Shown piece after piece: positions 8,631 through 18,656 of a stretch of 64,000 nt of DNA (its first letter is position 1; every line of letters starts with the position of its first letter). Made by a program: the position numbers and the translations under genes. The notes below the pieces were generated by a model. That model made no database searches. It was not told the origin of the DNA and saw only the letters and a list, made by a program, of their open reading frames with translations. The DNA is from an uncultured delta proteobacterium (GTDB lineage: Bacteria > Desulfobacterota > Desulfuromonadia > Desulfuromonadales > CAWANI01): NCBI GenBank assembly GCA_963783365.1, contig CAWANI010000015.1, positions 10,951-74,950 on the forward strand, in the 5' to 3' direction.

Positions 8631-9985
8631 CTCGCAAATCCCCCTTCACCCGTCCTGACGGCCCCCCTCTGCCCGGCGGAGAGGGGAAGCGCACCTTCAC
8701 CATCGCCACCCTCGGCTGCAAGACCAATCAGTTCGAATCGGCGGCGATGAAGGAGCGTCTGTGCGAGGCCGGCTACCGGGGTGTTTCCTTTGAGCAGGGG
8801 GCCGAGCTGGTCATCGTCAACACCTGCACGGTCACCGCCGCCACCGACGCCCAGTCGCGCAATCTGGTGCGCCGGGCCCGCCGCCTGAACGGGTCCTGCC
8901 GGGTGGTGGTCACCGGCTGCTACGCCCAGGTCGATCCGCAGGCGCTGCTCGCCATCCCCGGTGTCTCCCTGGTCCTCGGCAACGAGGAGAAACAGGACCT
9001 TCTGGCCCTGCTGGCAGATGCCGACAGGGGAGAGCCCGCAGCCCGCGTGTCGGCTATTCGCGAGACGTCCGAAGCGAAGGTGTCGCCTCTCTCCTCTTTC
9101 GCTGAGCGGAGCCGCGCCTTCGTGCAGATCCAGAACGGCTGCGATGCTTTCTGCAGTTACTGCATCATCCCTTATGCCCGCGGCAGAAGCCGCTCCGTGC
9201 CTCCGGACGAAGTGGTGGCGCAGGCGAAGCGCCTCTGCGCCGCCGGCTATCCGGAGATCGTGCTGACGGGCATCCATATCGGTGGGTACGGCGCCGATAT
9301 GGCAAGGCCGACCGACCTGCTGACCCTGGTGCGGCGGCTGGAGGGGGAAACTTCGGTGCCGCGCCTGCGTCTCGGCTCCCTTGAGCCGACGGAGATACCC
9401 GACAAACTCATCGAGGCAGTGGCCGCCTCGGAGATCCTCTGCCCCCACTTTCACATCCCCCTGCAGGCCGGCTCCGACAGCGTTCTTGAGCGCATGAATC
9501 GCCACTACGATACCGTTTTTTTCCGTTCCCTGGTGGAAAAGATCCGCCGCCGAATCCCCGATGCTGCCATCGGTCTCGACGTCATCGCCGGCTTCCCCGG
9601 CGAAAGCGATGCCGAGTTTGCCGCCACCGCCGCCCTTCTCGAAGAGCTCCCCGTCACCCACCTGCACGTCTTTCCCTTCAGCCGTCGTCCCGGCACGCCG
9701 GCCGCGGCGATGCCCGACCAGGTCTCCGGTGCTCTCGCCCGGGAGCGGGCCGGGCGGTTGCGGGCGATCGGCGAGGCGAAGCAGCGCACATTCGCCGACC
9801 GATTCCTCGGTCGGACGCTCGACGTCGTGGTGGAGGGCGGAGAGGCGAAGGAGGGGATGCGCCGGAGCCTGACGCGCAACTACCTGACGGTGCTTTTGCC
9901 CGCGGCCGATGGGAGGGAAGGGGAGCGGCTACAGGTTCGCATCACCGATCGGGACGATCGCGGACTGTTGGGAGAGCGCGCGTGA
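8627..9985 (+). CDS. mtaB: radical-SAM methylthiotransferase, MtaB-like (MiaB/RimO family)
   Basis: Within track ORF 7862..9985. The UPF0004 N-domain is [12 protein letters not shown]...NTCTVT and the radical-SAM motif is [16 protein letters not shown], with a TRAM-like C-terminus. ATG 8627 overlaps the mnmA stop (ATGA). Confidence 0.85.
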   Translation: MTRKSPFTRPDGPPLPGGEGKRTFTIATLGCKTNQFESAAMKERLCEAGYRGVSFEQGAELVIVNTCTVTAATDAQSRNLVRRARRLNGSCRVVVTGCYAQVDPQALLAIPGVSLVLGNEEKQDLLALLADADRGEPAARVSAIRETSEAKVSPLSSFAERSRAFVQIQNGCDAFCSYCIIPYARGRSRSVPPDEVVAQAKRLCAAGYPEIVLTGIHIGGYGADMARPTDLLTLVRRLEGETSVPRLRLGSLEPTEIPDKLIEAVAASEILCPHFHIPLQAGSDSVLERMNRHYDTVFFRSLVEKIRRRIPDAAIGLDVIAGFPGESDAEFAATAALLEELPVTHLHVFPFSRRPGTPAAAMPDQVSGALARERAGRLRAIGEAKQRTFADRFLGRTLDVVVEGGEAKEGMRRSLTRNYLTVLLPAADGREGERLQVRITDRDDRGLLGERA

Positions 9986-10912
9986 CAGGAGAAGGGCGTC
10001 GGGAGATCCTGGTGGCCGAGCCCGCAGCCGCGGGGGAGCGCCTCGACCGGTTCATCGTCCGGCGACTCGGCGATGTTTCGCGCAAGGCCGTCAAGCGGGC
10101 CCTCGACGGCGGCCGGATTTTTGTCGATGGCCGAAGCGAGCGGCGTGCCGGGCTGCTTCTTGCCGGCGGGGACCGGGTGACCCTGACCCTCGATCTGCCG
10201 GCTCCGCCGCGCATGGCACCGGCGCTGCCCATTCTCTACCGCGACGAGGCGCTGCTCGCCGTCGACAAACCGGCCGGTCTGCCGGTCCACCCCACCGGCG
10301 ACGGCGGTCCCAACGCCCTGGAGGGACTTGTTTCCCTCCTTCACTCCCGAGAGAGCGGGGAGCGCCCCATCCTGCTGCATCGCCTTGATGTCGAGACCAC
10401 CGGCGTTCTTCTTTTCGCTCTTCACGCCGCTGCCAATCGCGCCCTTGCGGGGCAGTTCGCCGGGCGGGAGATTGATAAAGACGTACCTGGCGCTTGTCGC
10501 CGGGGCGCCGCCCCCCTTTTTTCGAGTGGAAAACCGTCTGCGTTCGGGGAAGCGAGGCCGGACCGTCATCGTTACGAAGGGGGGCCAGTTGGCCGTCAGC
10601 GAATTTCGCACCCTCGGCCGGGGCGATGGTTTTTCCCTGGTCGAGGCCTCTCCACACACCGGCCGGACCCACCAGATCCGCGTTCACCTCGCCGGGGAGG
10701 GCTTTCCCTTGCTCGGCGATACCCTCTACGGCGGTCCGGTGGCCCTTCCTCTTGGCGGCGAGCGGGTGGCGGTGCCGAGGCATCTGCTGCACGCCGCCCG
10801 TCTGCGCTTTCGACATCCCACGACCGGCGTCGGCTGCACCATCGAAGCTTCGCCTCCTGCCGATTTTCTTCCATACCTGGAACGGATTTCCGGAACACCC
10901 TCTATCCGCTAG
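9982..10912 (+). pseudogene. RluA-family 23S rRNA/tRNA pseudouridine synthase, reading frame broken near 10477-10481 as sequenced
   Basis: The N-terminal S4 and catalytic part (HRLDVETTGVLLFA) is in the frame of ORF 9982. The C-terminal part (KTYLALVAG...HTGRTHQIRVH...HAARLRF) is in the frame of ORF 10328..10912. The join REIDK|TYLALV needs removal of one base in GATAAAGACG. Confidence 0.8.
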
Positions 10913-11706
10913 GCCGAAGATCCCGCCAGCCGAACCAGCCGTTCGGGAAAATCACTCATCAGGCCGTCCGCCCCCATTGCCAGAAGCCGGCCCATGTCCT
11001 GCGGATCGTTTACCGTCCAGACATGGACCTCGAGACCGACGGCATGGGCCGCTTCTATCATTTGGGGCGTCACCAGAACCTGGCCTTGATAGGTTTCAGG
11101 AATCTGAAGTGCCTGTCCAGGGGGGCGGTAGGGAGTTTCGCAACCGTTTTTCAGCCAGTCGAAAAAGGCCGCGGTTTCGCCGTAGCTCAGGCTGGTAGGA
11201 ATCTCCCCGCATTCCCGGCGCAGGCCGGACATGACCCGGTCCTGCTCCGCCGCCAGCAAGACCTCCTCCTCTTTTCCCGCCCGGCAGATCACCTCTACGG
11301 CCTGTCTTTCGACGGAGGGCGCTGTCTGTTTGATCTCGATATTGCAAAGGGCTCCGGGAAAAGCCTGAAACACTTCTTCCAGGGTCGGGATCGCAATCCC
11401 CCGGCTACGGAAGGGGAAGGTGTCTCCGCCATCGGCCGAGAAGCCGAAGCCGGCATCAAGCTGCTTCAGCTCCGCCAGGGGCAGGTCCGAAATCCGCCGG
11501 TCGACGCCGCAGAGGCGCAGAGCGGTCGCGTCATGGTGGACGACGATATGGCCGTCTTCCGTGGCGTGAACATCCATTTCCAGGTACGGCACCCCGGTCT
11601 CCAGGGCGGAGCGAAAGGCGGGCAGAGTGTTCTCCGGAAAGTGCCCCGAGTTTCCCCGGTGACCGAACAGGCGGGGGAGGGGAGGGTCGAAATAGCGAGT
11701 GCTCAT
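10909..11706 (-). CDS. ugpQ: glycerophosphodiester phosphodiesterase
   Basis: C-terminal 265 aa of track ORF 10909..12405, starting MSTRYFDPPLPRLFGHRGNSGHFPENT...EMDVHATEDGHIVVHHD (GDPD motifs). ATG at 11706. Confidence 0.85.
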   Translation of the reverse strand: MSTRYFDPPLPRLFGHRGNSGHFPENTLPAFRSALETGVPYLEMDVHATEDGHIVVHHDATALRLCGVDRRISDLPLAELKQLDAGFGFSADGGDTFPFRSRGIAIPTLEEVFQAFPGALCNIEIKQTAPSVERQAVEVICRAGKEEEVLLAAEQDRVMSGLRRECGEIPTSLSYGETAAFFDWLKNGCETPYRPPGQALQIPETYQGQVLVTPQMIEAAHAVGLEVHVWTVNDPQDMGRLLAMGADGLMSDFPERLVRLAGSSA

Positions 11707-13004
11707 GACTCTTCTCCTCGGGCCAGAGACACCCCGCGTGCGACGTTCACTCCCAGAAGCAGGAGGATGCCCAGGACAAAGAATGCGGTCAGGGTGAGGA
11801 CCGAAAGTCTGGTAGAGCCGGTCCAGCTGTCGATCACCGCGAACAGGAGGGGGCCCAAAATAGCGGCGAATTTTCCGCTGATGGCGTAGAAGGCGAAAAA
11901 CTCCGCATTCTTTCCCGGCGGCACCATCGAGGCGAAAAGCGAGCGGCTGATGGCCTGACTCCCGCCGAGAATCAGGGCGACGACCAGCCCCAGCAGCCAG
12001 AACTGCCAGCCGTGGTGCATGAAGAAGGCGTAGACCGTTACGGCGATAAAGAGCAGCAGGCTGGCGAGGACCGCCCGCTTGGCTCCCCAGCGATCGGCCA
12101 GGCGGCCGAAGAGCAGAGCGCCGGGCATGGCGACGAACTGAATCATGAGAAATGTACCGAGAATCGTCGTCTGGGAAAGCCCCAGTTCGTCCCGGCCGAA
12201 AATCGCGGAAACGACGATGATCGTCTGAATCCCGTCGTTGTAAAAAAGGAAGGCGAACAGAAACAGAAGCAGGTCCCTGTAGCCGCGCACCTCGGCAAAT
12301 ACCCGCAGGTATCCCCGAAAGCCCTTGAGCAGTTTCCCCGGCGTCCGGACGAAGGCCTCTTCTCGAAGAGAGCGAAAGGCAGGCAGGGCGAACAGGCCCC
12401 ACCACAGCGCAGTCAGCAGAAAGCCGGCGCGGGTGGCGCTCCCCCGGTCGGGAAAACCAAGGGCGGCATATTTCTGAATCAGGGCGAAGACGATGAGCAG
12501 CATAAGACCGCCGCCGATGTAGCCGAGGGCGAAGCCGCGGGCCGAGAGCCGGTCAAGATCCTTGCCTCGGGCCAGGGCGGGCAGAAAGGCGTTGTAGAAG
12601 ATGTTGCCGGCGGCAAAGCCGATATTGGCAAGGATGAAGAGAAGTGCGGCCAGAAGGTAGCGGCCGGGACCGGCGAAAAACAACAGGGCTGTGGCGGCGA
12701 CGCCTAGCAGGCAAAAGCCGATGAACATCTTCCGCCGGCAGCCCCGATGATCGGCGAGGGTGCCCAGCCAGGGCGCTGAAAGGGCGACGACCAGCATGGA
12801 CGCCGCAACGGCGTACCCCCAGAGAGCGGGAGCCGGCAGCGTCCACTGCCGGCCCAGCAGAGAGAGGCGCGCCCCTCCGGCCGGTACCAGCGAAGCGAAA
12901 TAGACCGGCAGCACGGCAGCGAGAATGACGGTGGCGAAGGCCGAGTTGGCCCAATCGTACATGCACCAGCCGAACCATGCCGCCTTTTTCGCCGGCTCAG
13001 CCAT
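11703..13004 (-). CDS. MFS transporter (UMF1/Atg22-like family)
   Basis: 433-aa multi-TM ORF with the N-terminal WCMYDWANSAFATV signature of the UMF1 family. Confidence 0.8.
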   Translation of the reverse strand: MAEPAKKAAWFGWCMYDWANSAFATVILAAVLPVYFASLVPAGGARLSLLGRQWTLPAPALWGYAVAASMLVVALSAPWLGTLADHRGCRRKMFIGFCLLGVAATALLFFAGPGRYLLAALLFILANIGFAAGNIFYNAFLPALARGKDLDRLSARGFALGYIGGGLMLLIVFALIQKYAALGFPDRGSATRAGFLLTALWWGLFALPAFRSLREEAFVRTPGKLLKGFRGYLRVFAEVRGYRDLLLFLFAFLFYNDGIQTIIVVSAIFGRDELGLSQTTILGTFLMIQFVAMPGALLFGRLADRWGAKRAVLASLLLFIAVTVYAFFMHHGWQFWLLGLVVALILGGSQAISRSLFASMVPPGKNAEFFAFYAISGKFAAILGPLLFAVIDSWTGSTRLSVLTLTAFFVLGILLLLGVNVARGVSLARGEES

Positions 13005-13094
13005 CGTGCCTGCATTCTGGGCGATCGAAGAGAGCGCAGATGCCGTTGTTCGGCCTTTCCGATATCCGACCCGGGTCGGCCCATGCTGGCGAAA

Positions 13095-13355
13095 TCAAGA
13101 ATTTTCCCTCCCCCTCACGTGCTGCACATAGGCGCAGTCCGCCGGAAGCCACTGGACGATTTCCACGACCTCCGGCGTCAGTTTAATACAGCCTTCCCCG
13201 ACCTCCAGGCGCTTATGGTAGACCTTGCACTCCCGGGTGACGACATCGAGATAGCGGCAGGGGATGGCGGTCGGATGAATGGTGCCATCCCCATCAATCC
13301 ATTTTTCAAAACAACACTGGCCGCAGTGGCGGCAAAGGGATTCCCAATCGGTCAC
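13095..13355 (-). CDS. YkgJ-family (UPF0153) cysteine-cluster protein
   Basis: 86 aa with CRHCGQCC (CxxCxxCC) plus further Cys (CRY, CKV, C..C). Confidence 0.7.
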   Translation of the reverse strand: MTDWESLCRHCGQCCFEKWIDGDGTIHPTAIPCRYLDVVTRECKVYHKRLEVGEGCIKLTPEVVEIVQWLPADCAYVQHVRGRENS

Positions 13356-13385
13356 AGAGCCGGATCCTTGAATGGGGGGTGTTTG

Positions 13386-13542
13386 TGTCCCGATTGGTTA
13401 ATTCCATTCATTAATTCTGGTCCTTTTGCCCGCTGGCAGCGTTCCGTCTCCTCGGCTTAGCGCAGGCTAGGCCTGTGTCGACGCGCCTTGCCAGCGAACA
13501 AAAGACCTCAGAATTCTCTAAAAGGAGTAACCAAACGGGACA
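13386..13542 (-). mobile_element. MITE-like non-autonomous element, copy A (157 bp, terminal inverted repeats, no ORF)
   Basis: Reverse complement of 28747..28903 with 4 mismatches in 157. The ends are TGTCCCGATTGGTTA...TAACCAAACGGGACA and it is flanked by TTTG/TTAG. Strand is given relative to copy B. Confidence 0.8.
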
Positions 13543-15387
13543 TTAGCCTTGCTTTTGTCGCTCGTTTTCCATTTTGGTCAGAACGACCGAGGCGGCGATC
13601 AGCGACAGGTGGGTCAGTCCCTGCGGGAAATTTCCCAGCATCTCGCCGCGGCGGGTATCGAACTCCTCGGCAAAGAGCCCCAGGTCGTTTCCGGTGGAAA
13701 GCGCTCGCTGGAAAACCTGGTGCGCCTCGCTCAGGCGGCCCTGGCGAGCCAGACACTCGACCAGCCAGAAGGAGCAGGCCAGAAAGACTCCCTCCTCGCC
13801 CTTAAGATCATCGGTTTCCGATGCATAGCGCAGAACCAGGCCGTCCTGCCAGAGATCCCGGCGGATGGCTTCCACGGTACGGACCATCCTCTCGTCCCGA
13901 TAATCGACAAAGCCGAAGACCGGCAGCAGCAGCAGGGACGCATCCATTACCGGCCGGTCAAAGGCCTGAATGAACACCCCTCGTTCCTTGTCGTAGCCTT
14001 TATCTTCAATGAGCGCGCGTACATCCCTCAGCGCCGCCTGCCATCGTTCCAGCGGTGCCTTTCGTCCGAGGTCCTTTGCCAGGCGGATGCCGCGCTCGAG
14101 CGCGACCCAGCACATGGCCTTCGAGAGGACGAAGTGGCGCGGATCGCCGCGCATCTCCCACATTCCCCGATCCGGCCCCTTCCAGAGTTCGGCGGCCGCG
14201 TTGACCAGTTCGACCAGAAATTCCCAATAGTCGTCGTCCGGGGAACGGCCCGTGGTGTGCCAGGTCCAGGCGAGATCGAGCAGTTCGCCGAAAATATCCA
14301 GTTGCAACTGCGTTTCGGCGGCGTTGCCGATGCGTACGGGTCGGGCACCCCGATAGCCGGCGAGGTGTTCCAGTTCGAATTCGTGCAGGCGCCGCTCACC
14401 TCCCACGCCGAACAGAATCTGGATTTCGTCGGCGCTGCCGGCCGAACTTCGTTCGATGAAGCGGCGGAACCCGTCGGCTTCCCGCATGTAGCCGAGTTCG
14501 GTCAGGGAGCGGACCGTAAATGCGGAATCGCGAATCCAGCTGAAGCGGTAATCCCAGTTGCGCGCTCCTCCGGGCGATTCGGGCAACGAGGTCGTCGCCG
14601 CGGCGGCGATCGCCCCTGTCGGAGCGTTGGAGAGGCCCTTGAGAACGATGGCCGAACGCATGACGGAATCCGCATAGGGGCTGTCGATGCCGCCCTGCGA
14701 GGCCCAGCTCTGCCACCAGGAAATGGTCTCTTCGAGCCGCCGGTCCAACTCCTCGATTCCCGGTGGAGGAACCAGGTCCTCGTCGAGTTTTTCCGGCTTA
14801 TCGTAGAGGATCGAAAGGTACCGCCGTTCGCCCGCCACAACGGTACAGGTTCCGCCCAGGCGATGGCGATGCTTCATCTCGAAGCAGAAGTTGCCGGAGA
14901 TGAGCAGGCCGTCTTCGCCGCCCATCGCCAGAAAATGATCGTCCAGGGCCCTGAGCCAAGGCCGGATCGAACCGTATTCGAATCGGGGAATCAGATCCAG
15001 CGTCAGCTCCACCCTTCCTTCAAGGCCTTCGACGATGCGCAGGATCTGTTTGTGGGGGTGGTGTTCTCCCCCTTCGCGCATGGGAAAGAAATCGAGCAGG
15101 CGGTAGGCCCCCTCATGGGTGCGATAGGTCGTCTCCAGAATGAGGGTGTTTTTCAGATACCGTCGTGAGAGTCGGCAGGGCGCCGTGGGAGCGATGCGGC
15201 AGTGCCCCCCCTTCTCCCAGTCCAGAAGGCGACCGAAGCAGCTCCCCGAATCGATTCTCGGCATGCAGCACCAGTCGATGGAGCCGGTACGCGAGATCAG
15301 CGCCGCGGAGTGACAATCGGAAATATAAGCGTAATCGGCGATGGGGGGATAGGGGGGATCATCCAATTCTGTGAATTCGGAGGTCAT
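13543..15387 (-). CDS. glycoside hydrolase family 15 protein (glucoamylase/trehalase-like)
   Basis: Track ORF 13543..15447 has GH15-type sequence (YAYISDCHSAALISRTGSIDWCC, NWDYRFSWIRDSAF). ATG 15387 (MTSEF). The stop TAA lies in the TTAG flanking MITE copy A. Confidence 0.85.
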   Translation of the reverse strand: MTSEFTELDDPPYPPIADYAYISDCHSAALISRTGSIDWCCMPRIDSGSCFGRLLDWEKGGHCRIAPTAPCRLSRRYLKNTLILETTYRTHEGAYRLLDFFPMREGGEHHPHKQILRIVEGLEGRVELTLDLIPRFEYGSIRPWLRALDDHFLAMGGEDGLLISGNFCFEMKHRHRLGGTCTVVAGERRYLSILYDKPEKLDEDLVPPPGIEELDRRLEETISWWQSWASQGGIDSPYADSVMRSAIVLKGLSNAPTGAIAAAATTSLPESPGGARNWDYRFSWIRDSAFTVRSLTELGYMREADGFRRFIERSSAGSADEIQILFGVGGERRLHEFELEHLAGYRGARPVRIGNAAETQLQLDIFGELLDLAWTWHTTGRSPDDDYWEFLVELVNAAAELWKGPDRGMWEMRGDPRHFVLSKAMCWVALERGIRLAKDLGRKAPLERWQAALRDVRALIEDKGYDKERGVFIQAFDRPVMDASLLLLPVFGFVDYRDERMVRTVEAIRRDLWQDGLVLRYASETDDLKGEEGVFLACSFWLVECLARQGRLSEAHQVFQRALSTGNDLGLFAEEFDTRRGEMLGNFPQGLTHLSLIAASVVLTKMENERQKQG

Positions 15388-15450
15388 GCGCAATTCCTTT
15401 TGTTCAAGGGTAACTGCGGGAATAGGTCCTCTGGCTCCGCCGGGCACGAT

Positions 15451-16062
15451 TCAGGATGTTTGCCCGTTCGGGCGTCTCTGGAACCACAGGTAGATGATGA
15501 TCATCACCAGACACAGGCCGATAACCGCCAGGCCGATGCCGTGCAGACGGGTCATCATCATCTCCTGATTCTTGCCGAACAGGTAGCCCGCCACCGCCAG
15601 CACCGTCACCCAGATTCCGGCCCCCAGGGCCGTGAAGAGGGAAAACTGGCCCAGATTCATGCGGGCCAGACCGGCGGGCAGGGAAATGTACTGGCGGATT
15701 CCGGGCAACAGGCGCCCCACCAGGGTGCTGATATGGCCGTGCCGTTGAAAAAAACGGTCTGCCCGGTCAAGGGATTTTTGACTGAGAAGAAAGTAGCGGC
15801 CGTTGCGCTCGAAAAACGGCCGTCCCCACTTGACCGCCAGCCAGTAGTTGAAACAGGCGCCCAGAAGACTGCCCGCCGTTCCGGACAAGATGACCAGTCC
15901 CAGGGACATCTCTCCCTGAAAGGCCAGGTAGCCGGCCGGAGCCACCACCACTTCGCTGGGGAAGGGGAAAAAGGAAGATTCCAGGAACATCAGGGTGACG
16001 ATGCCCGGATATCCCCATTGACCGACGGTTTCCACCGTCCAGGTTACAAGTTGGTGAAACAT
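15451..16062 (-). CDS. dedA: DedA-family inner-membrane protein
   Basis: Track ORF 15451..16107. [14 protein letters not shown] and the [16 protein letters not shown] motif are typical of DedA/SNARE-associated proteins. ATG 16062. Confidence 0.85.
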   Translation of the reverse strand: MFHQLVTWTVETVGQWGYPGIVTLMFLESSFFPFPSEVVVAPAGYLAFQGEMSLGLVILSGTAGSLLGACFNYWLAVKWGRPFFERNGRYFLLSQKSLDRADRFFQRHGHISTLVGRLLPGIRQYISLPAGLARMNLGQFSLFTALGAGIWVTVLAVAGYLFGKNQEMMMTRLHGIGLAVIGLCLVMIIIYLWFQRRPNGQTS

Positions 16063-16460
16063 GGGTGAAACTTTCCTGTTTAGGGCCCTTCGTCTGGGTG
16101 CGACCATCGGTCGCTGACGGGGCGGGTGGGTAAAGGTGAAATTGAACGGGCGGCCGGCAGACCCTGGCTGCGGCCCGGAGCGTTCAGTCCTCAGGGAGCA
16201 CTGTTCATGAAAGAAACGCCCTCCTCCGCAAGTGTATCAGATAAATATCGCCCGGATGAGGGGACCAGCGTCGGCAGAGCGACTCGCCTGTTTGGTGATT
16301 TCCCATCGACGGTAAAATATCTTACAGGCCGAAGAGGGTATTCCACAAGCCTTAAATCGGGCTTGACCGGGTGAAATCAGCGGTCGCAACCGGATGGGGC
16401 AAGATTCGCCGCCGGCCGCCTCCACAAGGGGGAAGCGGTAAGGGCCCTGCCCGGGTGACG

Positions 16461-16490
16461 TTGCACGGTAGGGGTGACCGCATGTATACT
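16461..16490 (+). promoter_or_regulatory. candidate sigma70-type promoter upstream of prkA (TTGCAC-18 nt-TATACT)
   Basis: Read directly, about 37 nt upstream of the prkA ATG. Sequence match only. Confidence 0.3.
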
Positions 16491-16526
16491 AGAGGAAATT
16501 GACACCAACTCCCTGGGGAGGAAATC

Positions 16527-18590
16527 ATGCCACAGTCCAAGATAAATCCTGCAATACCCTTCCATCTGGCCGAGGTCAAGAAAGGAAAGCGCCGGTTCGA
16601 AAACGCCTTTCAAGGCGTGGCCAGAATGATCCTCGAGGGCGGGGTCGAAAAGACCCTGGTCAACGGCAAGACCACCTACGATTTTCCGGTTTTCCGTAAC
16701 GGGAAAAAGCACGCCATCGGCATGTATGACGAAATCAACAGCCTGGTATCTTTCGTCAAGGATGCCGCAGAGGGGGGCTCCTCCAAGGAGATGGCCTTCG
16801 TGCTGGTGGGTGAGCCCGGCAACGGCAAGACCTTTTTCGTCGAATTCCTCTGCGGGAAATACCGACAATTTCTGACCCGCCCGGAAAATACCAAGTACAC
16901 CTTCCGGTTCGTCAACATGGATAAGCTCGGCCATTACGGACGGATCGGCACGATCGAATCCCAGACCTATGAAGATCCGATGATTCTGGCCATGAACCTG
17001 TTCGAAGACCCGACCCAGAGTCAGGCCTATATCGCCGAAAAAGGGGGCTTCACCGACGCCGAAATCGACTCTCTGTACGAGAATTTCCGGCCCCTGGGGG
17101 CCTGCAGCGGCTATATCTGGAACGATATTCGCGGCTATACCGGCGGCAATATCGAGGAGATGCTGAGCTTCATCGAGGTGGTTCCGGTGCCCCTGCTGGA
17201 AAGCCTGGGGACGGTCACCGGCAAGTATGCGGCCAAGGACAAGATCACCTCCTCGGCCGTCGATCTGCTCGGCGAAGAGTCGATTCAGCGCCTGTTGCAT
17301 ATCACCGATACCAACAATCCGTACCGTTTCGACCTGCGCCGGGGAGCCCTGGCCCGGGTAGCGGGCGGCGGCATCCATTTTTCCGATGAGATCTACAAGA
17401 ACAAAAAGGACCTGGTCCAGGTCTATCTGGGGGTGATCCAGAACCGGGTGATCGAGATCGACGGCTACAAGTGGCCGATCGATACCCTGATCGTCGCCAC
17501 TTCCAACAACTCGGAATTCAACCGGTTCCTCGCCGAGAAGGAGGAAGCGCCGATCGTCGACCGGTGCCGGATCTGCTACGTCTCTCACAATACCAATTAC
17601 CGGATGCAGGAGGCGCTCACCGATTACGCCATCGGCAGCGAAACCAAGACTACCCTGACCCGCGAACGCCTCCATCAGGACCCGAACCTCAACTATTCCG
17701 GTTCCGTGGCGGTGGTTCTGACCCGGCTGCCGCGCTCCGAAAAGTTGACGATGATGGAGACGATGAAGCTGGCCGCCGGGGAGGTTGCAGGAGAGAAGAG
17801 CATGAAAAGCCTGGCCGAGGTCATCGACACCCTCAACCAGGACCCCGACATCACCAAGCGCTTCGGCCAGAAGGGGCTCGGGCAGCGCAACCTCGGCCGG
17901 GCCATCCAGCTGATGGTCGAGAGTTCCGAGACCAACGAAGGGCGGTGTATGTTCGCCTTCGACATCTTCAAGGCCCTTGAACGGGTGATTCTGGACTACG
18001 TATCGGAGGCGACCGATCGGGCCAAGTACCTCGAAGACCTCAAGGTCGCCAAGGGGCTCTATCGCGAGCGGATCATGACGGAAATGTTCAACGCCTATAT
18101 GGATGAGCCCCACGCGATTCGCAAGGACGTCCTCAACTACGTCAACATGATCATCGGCATCGACGCCGAAAATCTTGGGCCGGACCGGATGTGGAAATAC
18201 AAAGATCCTCAGACCGGCGAACTGCGGGCGCTGAAGATCGACGAGCGCTACGTCAAGAGCATCGAGGAGCGGCTTGGGCTCAAGACGGAGGAGCAGCGGG
18301 AAACCTTCCGTACGTCGATTCGAAAAATCTACGGCCAGAAGATCTCCGTCGAGCCTAACTACGACTTCATGGACAATCTCGAACTGGTGAAAGCGGTCAC
18401 TGACGTGCGGCTCAAGTCCGACATCGCCGGGGCCGGCAGCCTCATCGGCGCCCTGGCCAACCGCACCAACGAAGAAAACCAGAAACTGTACGATCGGCTG
18501 ATCGACACCATGCTGAACAAGCTGGGATACTGCCGAACCTGCGCGCAGAAGACCATCGAATACTTCTGCACCCAGGAGGATGAAAACTAA
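16527..18590 (+). CDS. prkA: PrkA-family AAA+ serine protein kinase-like ATPase (YeaG homolog)
   Basis: 687 aa with Walker A VGEPGNGKT and PrkA-type core/C-terminal regions. DUF444 and SpoVR genes follow, the canonical prkA-yeaH-spoVR order. Confidence 0.9.
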   Translation: MPQSKINPAIPFHLAEVKKGKRRFENAFQGVARMILEGGVEKTLVNGKTTYDFPVFRNGKKHAIGMYDEINSLVSFVKDAAEGGSSKEMAFVLVGEPGNGKTFFVEFLCGKYRQFLTRPENTKYTFRFVNMDKLGHYGRIGTIESQTYEDPMILAMNLFEDPTQSQAYIAEKGGFTDAEIDSLYENFRPLGACSGYIWNDIRGYTGGNIEEMLSFIEVVPVPLLESLGTVTGKYAAKDKITSSAVDLLGEESIQRLLHITDTNNPYRFDLRRGALARVAGGGIHFSDEIYKNKKDLVQVYLGVIQNRVIEIDGYKWPIDTLIVATSNNSEFNRFLAEKEEAPIVDRCRICYVSHNTNYRMQEALTDYAIGSETKTTLTRERLHQDPNLNYSGSVAVVLTRLPRSEKLTMMETMKLAAGEVAGEKSMKSLAEVIDTLNQDPDITKRFGQKGLGQRNLGRAIQLMVESSETNEGRCMFAFDIFKALERVILDYVSEATDRAKYLEDLKVAKGLYRERIMTEMFNAYMDEPHAIRKDVLNYVNMIIGIDAENLGPDRMWKYKDPQTGELRALKIDERYVKSIEERLGLKTEEQRETFRTSIRKIYGQKISVEPNYDFMDNLELVKAVTDVRLKSDIAGAGSLIGALANRTNEENQKLYDRLIDTMLNKLGYCRTCAQKTIEYFCTQEDEN

Positions 18591-18606
18591 CGGCAGGGAT
18601 AAAAGA

Positions 18607-18638
18607 CCGTAGGGGAAATTCATGAATTGCCCCTACGG
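18607..18638. repeat. REP-like palindrome CCGTAGGGGAAATTCA/TGAATTGCCCCTACGG
   Basis: Near-perfect 16-bp arms (1 mismatch) between prkA and the DUF444 gene. Confidence 0.75.
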
Positions 18639-18656
18639 GCCCCTGCGGGTGACACG

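Noticed and set aside
10913-11889. Continuation of track ORF 9982..11889 beyond the pseudouridine synthase, and the N-terminal 230 codons of track ORF 10909..12405.
   Set aside because: Both are wrong-frame read-through over the glycerophosphodiesterase and MFS genes. Homology supports 9982..10912 (two frames) and 10909..11706 only.
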